The notes beneath the pieces were generated by a model, which was given only the letters and a program-made list of their open reading frames with translations, searched no databases and was not told the DNA's origin. The position numbers and the translations under genes were made by a program. DNA of 64,000 nt from Heptranchias perlo (lineage: Eukaryota): assembly GCF_035084215.1 (NCBI RefSeq), contig NC_090326.1, forward strand, positions 2,232,001 to 2,296,000, in the 5' to 3' direction. Positions within the stretch are counted from its first letter, which is position 1; the number at the start of each line of letters is the position of its first letter. Of the stretch, positions 12,141-25,784 are shown one piece after another.

Positions 12141-12790
12141 GTCAGACGTGGCTCAGTGGTAGCACTCTCGCACCTGAATAAGAAGGTTGCGGGTTCAAAT
12201 AATACTTCAGGGACTTGAACACATAATCGGAGAGGAAGTACTGCGGGAGTGCTGCACTGCAGGAGGATCAGTACTAAGAGAGCGCAGTATTGTTGGAGGG
12301 TCAGTATTGAGGGAGCTCAGTACGTTCGGAGATGCAGCACTGAGGGAGAGCACTCCTGTCAGAGGGTCACAACTGAGGTAGCGCTGTACTGTTGGGGAGT
12401 GAGTACTGTCGAAAGTGCAGTACTGAGAGAGCGCAGTACTTTTGGAGGCTTGGTATTGAGGGAGCGCAGTACTGTCGGAGGAGCGACTTTTGTAGGACAC
12501 ATTAAATCGAGGGCGCATCTATCCTCTCAGGTCGATGCAAAAGTTCCACCGGCATTATTGAAAAAAGTGCTGGGGAGTTCTTGTAGGTGTCCTGGCCAAT
12601 ATCTTTTCCCTCAAGCAATATTACTGCGGCGGATTTTGTGGCAATTTATCCCATTGCCGTGTGTGGGACCCAGTTGTGGGCAAATTGGCTGCCGCGTTTC
12701 CTACATAACCACAATGACGACACTTCAAAATGTACTCCTGTTTTGGGGCGTCCTGAGGCCTTGATAGGCGCTATATAAAGGCAAGTTATT
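12141..12790 (+). mobile_element. Deu-domain tRNA SINE (SacSINE1-like) with internal ~30-bp tandem amplification (12230-12485)
   Basis: A box tggctcagtgg and B-box-like gggttcaaat. About 8 copies of cagtactgagggagcgcagtactgtcggagg. Deu-type core gtcctggccaat...caaattggctgccgcgtttcctacat; tail ggcgctatataaaggcaagtt. Confidence 0.8.
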
Positions 12791-12914
12791 TCCTTCTTTA
12801 TACCTTCCATGAAACCCATCTCTTGCTTCAAGCTCCTGTCATCCCTGCAAATAGCTCCTTCTTTGGCAGTGAATCCATTTTTGTCCTTCAGGCATCTAAA
12901 TTCTACTCTTATCA

Positions 12915-14640
12915 CAGTAGTAGTTGCAGCACAGGAAGAGGCCATTCGGTCCATCGTGCCTATGCCGGCTCTTTGAAAGAGCTATCTAATTAGAACCATT
13001 CCCTTGCTCTCTCTCAATAGTCCTGTATTTCTTTCCCTTCAAGTATTTATCTAATTCTCTTTTGAAAGTTACTGTTGAATTTGCTTCCATCACCCTTTCA
13101 GGCAGTGCATTCCAGATCATAACAACTCACTGTGTAAAAAAATGTTTCCTCATGTCGCCTCAGGCTGTTATGCCAATCACTTTAAATCTGTGTCCTCTGG
13201 TTACCGACCCGTCTGGCACTGGAAAGAGTTTCTCCTTATTTCATAGAATCATAGAATCATAGAAGTTACAACATGGAAACAGGCCCTTCGGCCCAACATG
13301 TCCATGTCGCCCAGTTTATACCACTAAGCTAGTCCCAATTGCCTGCACTTGGCCCATATCCCTCTATACCCATCTTACCCATGTAACTGTCCAAATGCTT
13401 TTTAAAAGACAAAATTGTACCAGCCTCTACTACTGCCTCTGGCAGCTCGATCCAGACACTCACCACCCTTTGAGTGAAAAAATTGCCCCTCTGGACCCTT
13501 TTGTATCTCTCCCCTCTCACCTTAAATCCATGCCCCCTCGTTATAGACTCCCCTACCTTTGGGAAAAGATTTTGACTATCGACCTTATCTATGCCCCTCA
13601 TTATTTTATAGACTTCGATAAGATCACCCCTTAACCTCCTGCTCTCCAGGGAAAAAAGTCCCAGTCTGTCTAACCTCTCCCTGTAAGTCAAACCATCATG
13701 TCCCGGTAGCATCCTAGTAAATCTTTTCTGCACTCTTTCTAGTTTAATAATATCCTTTCTATAATAGGGTGACCAGAACTGTACACAGTACTCCAAGTGT
13801 GGCCTCACCAATGCCCTGTACAACTTCAACAAGACATCCCAACTCCTGCATTCAATGTTCTGACCAATGAAACCAAGCATGCTGAATGCCTTCTTCACTA
13901 CCCTATCCACCTGTGACTCCGCTTTCAAGGAGCTATGAATCTGTACTCCTAGATCTCTTTGTTCTATAACTCTCCCCAACGCCCTACCATTAACGGAGTA
14001 GGTCCTGGCCCGATTCGATCTACCAAAATGCATCACCTCACATTTATCTAAATTAAACTCCATCTGCCATTCATCGGCCCACTGGCCCAATTGATCAAGA
14101 TCCCGTTGCAATCCTAGATAACCTTCTTCACTGTCCACAATGCCACCAATCTTGGTGTCATCTGCAAACTTACTAACCATGCCTCCTAAATTCTCATCCA
14201 AATCATTAATATAAATAACAAATAACAGCGGACCCAGCACCGATCCCTGAGGCACACCGCTGGACACAGGCATCCAGTTTGAAAAACAACCCTCTACAAC
14301 CACCCTCTGTCTTCTGTCGTCAAGCCAATTTTGTATCCAATTGGCTACCTCACCTTGGATCCCATGAGATTTAACCTTATGTAACAACCTTATGTAACTA
14401 CCAAAACTGTTCATGATTTTGAACACCTCCATCAAATCTCCTCTAAACCGTCTCTGCTCTAAGAAGAGCAATCCCAGCTTCTCCAGTCTCTCCACATAAC
14501 TGAAGACTCTCATCCCTGGTAGCATTCTAGTAAATCTCCTCTGCACCCTCTCTAAGGCCTTGACATCCTTCCGAAAGTGTGGTGCCCAGAATTGAACACA
14601 ATACACCAGCCGAGGCCTAACCAGTGTTTTATAAAGGTCT
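12915..14640 (-). mobile_element. Older CR1 3' fragment (12915-13240 plus 14399-14640) interrupted by a young CR1 (13241-14398)
   Basis: Two CR1 3' tails in tandem. The young piece encodes uninterrupted RT (GVPQGSVLGP, FADDTK) and is nearly identical to 48780-49896 on the opposite strand. Confidence 0.9.
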
Positions 14641-15261
14641 TGAAAACCAGCCTTATCCTCTCCATCTCTCCATTGACTTCTCCCCCTTTTATATCCTCCT
14701 TAAACCTATTCTTTGACTAAGGTTGTCGCCAGTGCTCATGATATCTTTTTATTCCTTTTATGCCAATTTTCCTTAGTCCTCCGTGAAGCCCCTTGGTAAT
14801 GTTTATTACATTAAATGCGATCTGTCAATGTAAGTTGTAAACTTCCATTGGTTTGTATTCATTAGTTGTCCACTATAACAGCAAAAGTAAATTCTGGGCG
14901 AATATTCATGTAGCAGAAAGAGATTTATATCATAGATGGACATATGGAGATGAATTAACATTGACAACTACTCATGGACACCGCTTCGTTAGAACAACAT
15001 AACTTGGTTAATGTACAGACATCGCATTGAAGTATATTTGTACTACTGCGAGCCAGCCTGTAGAGAGTCCCCTGTCTATTCTGAGACCAGCTACAGTGAC
15101 TAGGGTGAAGCTCTATTGGCTATTTTTTCTTTTTACTCATTGGTTATAAACCTGTTTTAGTGCTCTCTGGGCATGGTAACTAGGATGAAGCTTTATTAGT
15201 TATTTGTCTTTTCACTCTTTGTTTATAACCCGTTTTACTGCTCCCTGGGATTGATGATGAG

Positions 15262-17997
15262 GAACATAGGAAGAGGAGTAGGCCATATGCCCCCTCGAGC
15301 ATGTTCCGCCATCCAATGAGATCATGGCTGAACTGTGACCTAACTGTATATACTCAACTTAGTCCCATATTCCTTAATGCCTTTGGTTAACAAAAATCTA
15401 TCAATGTCAGATTTAAAATTAACTATTGAGCTTGCATCAACTGTCATTTGGGGAAAAGAGTTCCAAACTTCTACCATCCTTTGGTGTAGAAGTGTTTCCT
15501 AACTACACTCCTGAAAGTCCTGGTTCTAATTTTTAGGCTATGTCCCCTAGTCCTAGACTCCTCAACCAGCGGAAATAATTTCTCTCTATTTGCCCTATCA
15601 GTTCCCCTTAATAACTTGAAAACTTCGATCAAATCACCCCTTAATCTTCTAAATTGCAGGGAATACAACCCTAGTATGTGTATCTTTCCTCGCAATTTAC
15701 CCATTCATATCTAGGTATCATTCTAGTAAATCTACGCTGCACTCCCTTCAAGGCCAATATATCCTTCCAAAGTTGCGGTGCCCAGATCTGAACACAGTAT
15801 TGCGGGTGTGGCCTAACCAGGGCTTTGTATAGCTGCAGTAAAACTTCTACCCCCTTGTATTCTAGTCCTCTAGATATAAAGGCCAACACCCCATTAGCTT
15901 CTTTGTTTTTTTTTTGTTCATGACATTCCAATGATCTATGTGCATGGACTCCTGAGTCTCTTTGGACGTCCACTGTTTCGAGTTTTCACCATTTAGGAAG
16001 TGTTCTGATCCATCCTTTTTAGATTCAAAGTAGATGACCTCACACTTGCCTACGTTGACATCCATTTGCCATAGTTTTGTCCATTCATTTAATCTATTAA
16101 TATCTCTCTGCAATTTTGTGCTTCCATCTACATGGCGTACAACGCTACCTATCTTTGTGTGATCAGCAAACTTGGATATGGGACGTTCGATCCAGCCATT
16201 TAAGTCATTAATACATACAGCGAATAATTGAGGCCACAATACAGTTCCCCATGGGAAACCACTAGTCACATTCTGCCAATGTGAGTACCTTCCCATTATT
16301 CCTACTCTCTGTCTCCTGCTGCTCAGCCAATTTCCGAACCAGATCAATAATTTTTTCTCAATTCTATAAACTTCAACTTTAACTAATAGTCTCTTATGAG
16401 GGAATTCATCGAATGCCTTCTGGAAGTCCATATAAATAATATTCATCGACATTCCCCTGTCCAATACTTTAGTCAACTTTTTAAAAAAATCAATAAGGTT
16501 CATCAGGCATGACATACGCATAACAAATGCATGCTGGCTCCTCTGATCAACTGAAAATTTTCAAGGTGTTCAGTCACTCTATTCTTCATTATAGACTCTA
16601 GTCATTTTCCAACAAAAGATGTTAGGCTAACTGATTTATAATTCCCTGGTTTCCCTCTCTCAGCTTTCTTAAATAGTGGAGTGACATGTGAAATTTTCCA
16701 ATCTAAAGGAACAGATCCTGAATCGAGAGAACTTTGGAAGATTTTAGTTCTCTCCTACTTCCTTTCAACCCTGGGATGGAAATCATCTGGTCCTGTGGAT
16801 TTGTCACTCTTTAGTGCCATTAGTTTCTTTATTATTGTTCATTTACTTATATTCGTTGTAGTAAGTTCCCGTCCCTGATTCAAAATTAGTTTCCTTGTGG
16901 TGTCCAGCATGCTATCCTTTTCCTCTACTGTAAAATATTGATACAAAGTAATTATTTAACATGTCCACCATTTCCTTGTTTTCATTTATGATATCACCAT
17001 TATCAGTTTTTAAGGGGCCCAAATTGCTCTTGACCGCCCTCTTTTTCCTAATATAATTATAAAACATTTTGTGTTGATTTTGATATCCCTTACAAGTTTC
17101 TTTTCATACTCCCTTTTTGTAGCTCTTACTAACTGTTTTGTCACCCTTTGCTATTCTTTGCATCTCTCCGAGTAGCCAGGATCTGCGCTATCTTTTTAAT
17201 TTTAGTATGCTTTTTCATTATGTTTTATGTTGTTCCTTACCTCTTTTGTCATCCATGGCTGTTTTATTTTTTGGCAAATAGAGTTCTTTCCCCTTAGCGG
17301 TATAAACTGGTTCTGTGTCACGTTAAATTGTTTTTTGAACACCTCCCACTGATCTTCTGTCGTTTTACCAATTAACAGATTTGCACAGATGACTGTGGAT
17401 AGTCTCTGTCTCACCACGTTGAAGTCGGCCTTACCTAAATTTAGAATATTAATAGCTGGTATGGGTCTGTCCCTTTCAAATCATATTATGATAATTATTA
17501 GATAAATATTCATGCACCATTAGGCTGTTAACTAAATCTGGTTCATTGCTCATTATTAAATCTAATAATTCCTGCCCTCTTGTAGGTTCTAGCAAATATA
17601 GTTGCAGAAAGCTGTCCTGAACACACTCAAGAAATTCGCTACCTTTCTGACATGAGCTCGTCTGCTTATCACAATCTATAAGAAAGTTAAAATCCCCCAT
17701 TATCACCATACTGCCTTTGCTACATGCTTGTCCAATCTCTGCATTTATACATTCTACCATTTCACAGCTGCTACAAGGGGGCCAATACAATACTCCCCCT
17801 ACCGTTTTGAATACTTTCTATTTCTTAATTCTATTCATAACGTCTCCACAAACTGCTTACCTCTCATTATATCTTCTCGCGTCATTGGATTAATTTCATC
17901 CTTACTAACTAAGACGACTCCTCCAACTCTGCAAGTTTCCCCATCCCTCCGAGAGATCTTATAAACTGATATATTCAGTTCCCTGCCCTGACAGTCT
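15262..17997 (-). mobile_element. CR1 LINE, 5'-truncated, endonuclease to 3' UTR, degraded; same family as 36528-40807
   Basis: MGDFNF..LDLIMSNE (EN), PWMTKE, YMDFQKAFD, FADHTK, HFYT; extensive similarity to 38100-40800. Confidence 0.93.
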
Positions 17998-19160
17998 TAG
18001 AAACATAGAAACATAGAAAATAGGAGCAGGAGTATGCCATTCGGCCCTTCGAGCCTGCTCCACCATTCAATATGATCATGGCTGATCCTCTATCTCAATA
18101 CCATATTCCCACTCTCTCCCCATACCACTTGATGCCTTTTGCATCCAGAAACTATATAGCTCCTTCTTAAATATATTCAGTGAATTGGCCTCCACAGCCT
18201 TCTGTGGTAGATAATTCTATAGGTGCACCACCCTCTGAGTGAAGAAATTTCTCCTCATCTCAGTCCTAAATGTCCTACCCCGTATCCTGAGACTGTGTAT
18301 CCTCGTGCTGGACCCTCTAGCCCTGTCAGAATTTTATATGTTTCAATGAGATCACCTCTCATTCTTCTAAACTCGAGTGAATACATGCTGAGTCGACCCA
18401 ATACCTGCTCATAAGACAGTCCTGCCATTCCAGGAATCAATCTGGTGAGCCTTCGTTGCACTCCCTCTATGGCAAGTATATCCTTTCTTAAGTAAGGAGA
18501 CCAAAACTGCACACAATACTCCAGGTGTAGTTTCACCAAGGCCTTGTACAACTGCAGTAAGACATCCTTGCTCCTATACTCAAATCGTCTTGCAATGAAG
18601 GCCAACATACCATTTGCCTTCCTAACTGCTTGCTGCACCTGTATATTTGCTTTCAGTGACTGGTGTACAATGATACCCAGGTCCCTTTGTACATAAACAC
18701 TCCCCAATCTATCACTATTTAAATAATACTCCGCTTTTCTGTTTTTCCCTCCGAAGAGGATAAATTCACATTTATCCTCGTTATACTGCATCTGCCATGT
18801 ATTTGCCTACTCACTCAATTTGTCTAAATCGCCTTGAAACCTGTTTGCATCCTCCTCACAACTCACGGCCCCGCCTAGTTTTGTGTCGTCAACAAACTTG
18901 GAAATATTAAATTTGATTCCCTCATCCAAGTCATTGATATATATTTTGAATAGTTGGGGTCCAAGCACTGATCCCTGGGGTACCCCACCCCGGTACTGCC
19001 ACCCTGAAAAATACCCCTTTATTCCTATTCTCTGTTTCCTGTCTGTTAACCAATTTCCAATCCATGCCAGTATATTACCCCCAATCCCAAGTGGTTTAAT
19101 TTTGGACACTACCCTCTTATGTGGGACGTTACCAAAGGCCTTCTGAAAATCCAAATAAAT
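17998..19160 (-). mobile_element. CR1 RT and 3' UTR with (TATGTTTC)n tail
   Basis: ORFs 18255-18791 and 18807-19154; tail tagaaacatagaaacatagaaa. Confidence 0.93.
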
Positions 19161-19294
19161 CTTGCAGCCATATCTCAGTAATGGTTACCATGTCGTACCC
19201 TCTAAGTTGAGTTTCTGCCTTGAATTAATTTGATTTGTTCAGTATATTCCGTGCGTTTGTATCACGAACGTTTATTTGGGCCACATGACCGAAC

Positions 19295-22200
19295 CTGTCC
19301 TCACTTGTACTATCGCTACACATCCAGATATATCACTGACCTCACTTGTACTATCACTACACATCAAAATATATCCCTGACTTCCCTTGAACTGTCTCTA
19401 CCATTCCAGATATTTCAATTTTCTCACTTGTACTCTCAACACCCATCCAGATATATTGCTGAGCTCCCTTGTATTGTCAATACGCATCCAGATATATCAC
19501 GGTCCTCACTTTTACAGACACTACCCATTTAGGTATATCACTAATGTCAATTGCACTGTCACTATACATCAATATATAAAAAGGCGCTCAATTTTAATAT
19601 CACTACCCATCGAGGTACATTGTTGACCTCATTTGTGCTGTAACTACACATCCAGGTATATCACTGACCTCACTTGTACTCTCACTGCACTTCCAGGTAT
19701 ATCACTGACCTCGCTAGTACTGCCACTACATATCCAGATATATCACTCACTACACTTCTACTGTCACTACCTATGCAGACACATCAATGAACTTACTTCT
19801 ACTCTCACTGCATATTCAGATATATCACTGGCCTCACTTGTACCCTCACTACCCATCCAGATAATTCACTGATCCCACTTGTACTCTCACTACCACCCAC
19901 ATGGATCACTGACGTCACTTTTATTCTCACTGCCATTCCAGATATTTCACAGACCTCACTTGTACTCTCCATATCCATCCAGATATAATACTGACCTCAC
20001 TTGCACTCTCACTACCCATCCAATCTTATTACTGACATCACTTGCTCTGATCCTACATATCCAGGTATATCACTGATCTAACGTTTACTGTAAATAGACA
20101 CCCAAATATATCACTGACCTCACTTGCACTGTCACTACAAATGCAGGTGTATCACTGACCTCACTTATACTGTCATTACATATCAAGGTATATCACTGAG
20201 CTCACTAGTACTGTCACTACACATCCAGATATATCACTGAACTCACTTCACTGTCACTACACATTCAGATATATAATTGATCTCACTTGTACTGTCACTA
20301 CCCATCCAGGTATATCACTGACCTCACTTCCCTGTCACTACACATCCAGATATATCACTGACCTCACTTGTACTCTCACTACCTATTCAGATATATCACT
20401 GACCTCACTTGTACTCTCATGACCTATCCAGATATATCACTGACCTCACTTGTACTCTCACTACCTATCCAGAGATATCACTGACCTCACTTGTACACTC
20501 ATGACCTATCCAGATATATCACTGACCTCACTTGTACTCTCAGTATCCATCCAGATATATCACTGACCTCACTTGTACTCTCAGTATCCGTCCAGATATA
20601 TCACTGGCCCCACTTTTACTCTAACTACACATCCAGATATATCACTGAACTCACTTTTACTGTCACTACACATCTTGATAAATCACTGACATCCCAAGTA
20701 CTGACACAACACATCCAGATATATCACTGACCTCACTTTAACAGACACGACCCATCTTGGTATGTCACTACCAATCCATGCATATAAAGGCGCTCATTTT
20801 AATATCACTATCCATTGAGGTACATCGCTGTAGTGACTTGTGCTGTAACTACCATCCAGATCTATCATTGACGTCACTTGTACTGTCACTACATATCCAG
20901 ATATATCACTGTCCTCACTTGTATTGCCACTACACATCCAGATATATCCCTGACATCACTGCACTGTTACTACACATTCAGATACATGTCGCACCTCACT
21001 TCTACTCTCAGTACCTATCTAGATACATCACTGAGCTCACTTCTATTATCAATGCAATCCAGATATATCACTGATCGCACATGTACTGTCACTACACATC
21101 CAGATATACCACTGACCGCACTTGTACTGTCTCTACACATCTGGATATATCACTGACGTCACTTCAATGTGCGTACCTGTCCAGATACATCATTGAACAC
21201 ACTTCTACTCTCACGGCACATCCAGATATATCACTGGACTCACATGTACTCTCAATACACATCCAGAATCACTGACCCTACTTGTACTACACTAAACATC
21301 CAATTATATCACTGAGCTCACTTGTACTGTCATTAACCATCCGACTATATTAATGACACCACTTGCACTGTCGCTACATATCAGGCATATCACTGACCTC
21401 ACTTCACTGTCAATACACATTCAGGTATATCACTGACCTCACTTTTACATTCACTACACATCCTGTTATATCACTGACCTCACTTTTACTCTGACAAGAC
21501 ATCCAGATACATCACTGAACTCACTTGTACCCTCATTACCCATTCAGATATCTTACTCACCTCATTATTACATAAGAACATAAGAACATAAGAAATTGGA
21601 GCAGGAGTAGGCCAATCGGCCCCTCGAGCCTGCTCCGCCATTCAATAAGATCATGGCTGATCTGATCCCAACCACAAATCTAAAGAACACAAGAAGTCGG
21701 AGCAGGACCCGGCCACATAGCCCCTGGGCCCTATCCGCCACCCACAGTCTCTAAACTCTCAGATATATCACTGAACTCACTTTTACTGTCACTGCACATC
21801 CAGATATATTACTGACCTTTCGCACTCTCAATACCCATCCAGATATTTCATTAAACTCACCTGTATTGGCACTAATCATGCACATATATCACTGACCTCA
21901 CTTGTACTCTCACAACCTATCGAGATATATTACTGACCTCACTATTAATGTCACTACACTCCCATATATATCACTGACAACACTTTTACTGTCACATGAC
22001 ATCCAGATATATCACTGGCCTCACTTCCAATTTCACTACCCATCCCGATACGTCACTGACCTCACTTGTACTGTCACTGAACCTCCAGATATATCACTGA
22101 ACTGATTTGTTCTTTCACTACCCATCCAGATAAATCTGAACTCACTTGTACTCTCACTACCCATCCGGGTATATCACTAACCTCACTTGTCGTGTCACTT

Positions 22201-23615
22201 CCCATCCAGATACATCATTGACCTCACTTGTACTCTCACTACACATCCAGTTATATCACTGAGCTCATATATACTGTCACTACTTATCCTGACATATCAA
22301 TGACCTCACTTGCACAGTCACTAACCATCCAGATACTTCACTGACCTCACGTCTACTGTCATTACCCATCCAGGTATATTATTGACTGCACTTTTGCTCT
22401 CACTACCCATTTAAGTATATCACTGACCTCACTTGTAGTGTCACTGCCCATCCAGATATTCTCTGACCTCACTTGCACTGTCATTACACATCCAGATATA
22501 TCACTGACCTCACTTTTACAGTCACTGCACATCCAGATATATCATTGACCTCACTTGTACTATCACTACACATTCAGATATATGACTGATCTCACTTGTA
22601 CTGTCACTACCCATGCAGATAGATATGTCACAGACCACTCTTTTACTCCAAATACCCATCCAGATATATCAATGACCTCACTTTTACTGTCACTGCACAT
22701 CCAGTTATTTCACTGGCCTTACTTATACTCTCACTACCCATCCAGATATAAAATCTGACCTCACTTGTACTGTCAATACAGATCTTCAGATCTATCACTG
22801 TCTCCACTTGCACTGTCACTATACATCCAGTTATATCACCGAGCCCAATTTTACTCTCACTACCTATCCAGATATATTACTGACCTCACTTGTACAGTTA
22901 ATACACATCGAGATATATTACTGATCTTACTTTTACTCGCACTACCCATCCAAGTATATTACTGACCTCACTTCACTGTCATTACACATCCACATGTTTC
23001 ACTGACCACACTTTTACTCTTACTACATGTCCAGGTATATCACTGACCTCACTTCTTGTGTCGCTGCCCATCTAGATATATCACTGACCTCCATTTTACT
23101 GTAACTGCATCTTCAGATACATCACTGACCTCACTTCTACTGTCACTACCCATCCAGATATGACACTGACCTCACTTGTACTGTCATTACACATCCAGAT
23201 ATATCACTGACCTCACTTGTACTGTCACTACACAATCCAGATATATCACTGACCTCACTTCAGTGTCATTACACATCCAGATATATCACTGACCTCACTC
23301 GCACTCTCACTACACATCCAGATATGTCGTGCAACTCTACCAATTTAGATATATCGCTGAACTCACTTCTTGTCTCACTACCCATCCAGATATATAACTG
23401 ACCTCTCTTCTACTCTCACCATGTTCCCAGATATAGCACTGACCTACATTTTACTGTCACTGCACCTCCATATACATCACTGACCTCACTTGTACTCTCA
23501 CTACACATCCAGATATGTCACTGGCCTCACATATACTTTCACTACATGTCCAGGTAAATCATTGAACTTGCTGATATATCATTGACCTCACTTGTACTTT
23601 CACTACCCATCTAGA
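19295..23615. repeat. 41-bp tandem satellite/minisatellite, roughly 100 diverged copies
   Basis: Consensus catccagatatatcactgacctcacttgtactgtcactaca; the period is seen directly (acctcactt at 20361, 20402, 20443). Confidence 0.95.
21570..21750 (-). mobile_element. Short CR1 3'-tail insertion within the 41-bp array
   Basis: (cataagaa)3 followed by ggagcaggagtaggccaatcggcccctcgagcctgctccgccattcaataagatcatggctga. Confidence 0.85.
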
Positions 23616-25399
23616 AATTCTATAACCTCCGCAGAATGTTGGCAACCTGCTCACCAGCATTCTTTACTACAGAGTTAATATTATCCCAGACACTTTCTTG
23701 ATCACCAGCCTGTCTCTGAAACTCAGCCCAGCCTAGCACTAATTTGCAGCATCCAGTTAATACTCAACCAGATTCACAAGGAACTTCCATTTTCATACAG
23801 ACGCACCGATCGGGGCACATACCTCTTCCTCTATATTAAAACAGGTGCTCTTGTTATTTAGGTTAACTTTGTTCTAATCAAGTTACAGAAAGATATACAT
23901 GACAGTTCTAATACTGACCAAGGATGCAAGGGTTTAAAACTGCACTATTATGGATAATACAAGGGGACATACAGCCCAATATTACACCGAACTCTCCAGT
24001 TTCCTAAACTGGGCCCATTCTGGAGGGAAGCAACAGATCCGCCCCCTCGTCATTATCACTGAAATTACTATGAAGGCGCTCACCAGAATCACTATGTTCA
24101 TGAATTATGTTTAGTGCGAAACTCCCACAATTCTGTTAATACTGATGGGGATGAGCAGGGGTTATTGGGGAGATTGTGAGGGGAAAATTAAATGTGCTCT
24201 ATTTTTTCTGAAATGCGTCACAGCATCAGAGCTTCAGAAACTAGGCTCCATATTGTACTGTGCTGGGTCTTTGTAATATTTCAGAGGCAAACAGCTGGAT
24301 TGAAACATCATTAAATGAACCTAATCCAAAACCAATCCTTCTCAGGGGAATGGTGCAAATATCCCTAGGGGCGCTGCCTCAGATGTAAGAATCTATCTTT
24401 CAGTTTTCCTTATATCCCGCTGGTCCTGGGCGCGCTGCACAATATAAATGTGGAGTTCATAATTTCAGTCGTTTGATCCGTGTTGAACATGAGTTTAATT
24501 AAATACTGAACAGAGAAACAATCGTATCAATCCGTTCAACATTGTCCCAAAGATCACACGTTAGGAACCATGCACTTGAATATTTAAAAAAATAAACTTC
24601 ACATCTCCCTATGTCTGATTTTTTTTTTTCAGTCCGACCCGTTAAGTTGTTCAGTTTCCATGTATGAGTGCTAAGCCCAACCCTGAGACGTCGAGAGTAA
24701 TTTTATGGATTGAAAGGATTATATCAGTTCATGGAAATAATTTGACATCTGTAACTGAAATGGCTTCCACTTCACATCTGTCCTCTCAGACCGAGACTTC
24801 CCTAAAGATGCTGCAGAAACTGACATTTGTTGCAGTTTTTTTAAAGTCCTGATTTTACACTAACACCGTTCCACCAAACAGTCTGCATTTTCAATCCTTC
24901 ACAGTAAACCTGAATCCCAGTTAAATATCACTGAGTGAAGTGAACATCTCTTACTTTTGTACAGTCAGGGTGTTAAATTATTAAATTATATGGATTGAAT
25001 TATTGATGTGAGCAAAATGCAGGTCTTTTAACTATATTCCATTACAATAAACATTGGAAAGAATATTGTGTGGAAAAGTTGCGTTCGATTGACTGGAATT
25101 AGTACAAGCAGAGAAAATTAGCTCCCATGGAGACTGATATTAATGACATTGAACAGCTGTAATGAATCACTTTAGTCCGGCACTTTGTATATGAAATATA
25201 AAGTGTATAGCACGTCTGTAATGTGAACTCTCCAAAAAGCTGAATATTATTTCACTAACTTTTGGGAAGAACAGGAAATATGAGACCCAAAGCCTGATAG
25301 CACTGACGCAGCGAGAATAGCTTTTCAGTTACAGACTTCAGATCATTTCTTTAATAAATTGTAATCCTGTCATTTCAGCGAATGTCTATACACTGCTCA

Positions 25400-25780
25400 C
25401 GGACCAGCTGACATTCAAACATTGTCCCTGAACCATGGAGATGGTCAGTTATCAACTAAAATTCTCTGGTACAGGACGATCAAACCATCAGTTTCACTTA
25501 GACATGAATATTGAACGAATGTTTCTAGACACAAAAGGCATCAAGTGGTATGGGGAGAGAACGGGAAAATGGCATTGAGATAGAGGGTCAGCCATGATCA
25601 TATTGAATGGCGGAACAGGCTCGAAGGGCCGAATGGCCTACTCCTGTTCCTAGTTTCTATGAACGGAACAGGTCACTTCTCAACTAAATTTCTCTGGTAC
25701 AGAATGATCTAATCATTAGTTTACGCTCAGGCATTGTCGCTGATGCATGGAGCTGGTCAGTTTTCAACTAAAATGCTCTG
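25400..25780. repeat. Three diverged copies of a unit containing ggtcagttatcaactaaaattctctggtacag, split by a CR1 3' tail (25525-25662)
   Basis: Core seen at ~25444, ~25671 and ~25755. Confidence 0.65.
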
Positions 25781-25784
25781 ATGG

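Noticed and set aside
12141-12215. tRNA gene
   Set aside because: The A/B boxes belong to a SINE head continuous with a Deu-type body, and no cloverleaf was found.
13329-14606. 425-aa ORF as an intact RT gene
   Set aside because: Chance in-frame fusion of an older CR1 C-terminal piece with a nested, 5'-truncated young CR1; it lacks the endonuclease and RT N-terminus.
19295-23615. Regular ~41-bp periodicity (also the 43-bp and 70-bp arrays) as a CRISPR array
   Set aside because: Units are head-to-tail with no unique spacers, there are no cas genes, and the context is vertebrate.
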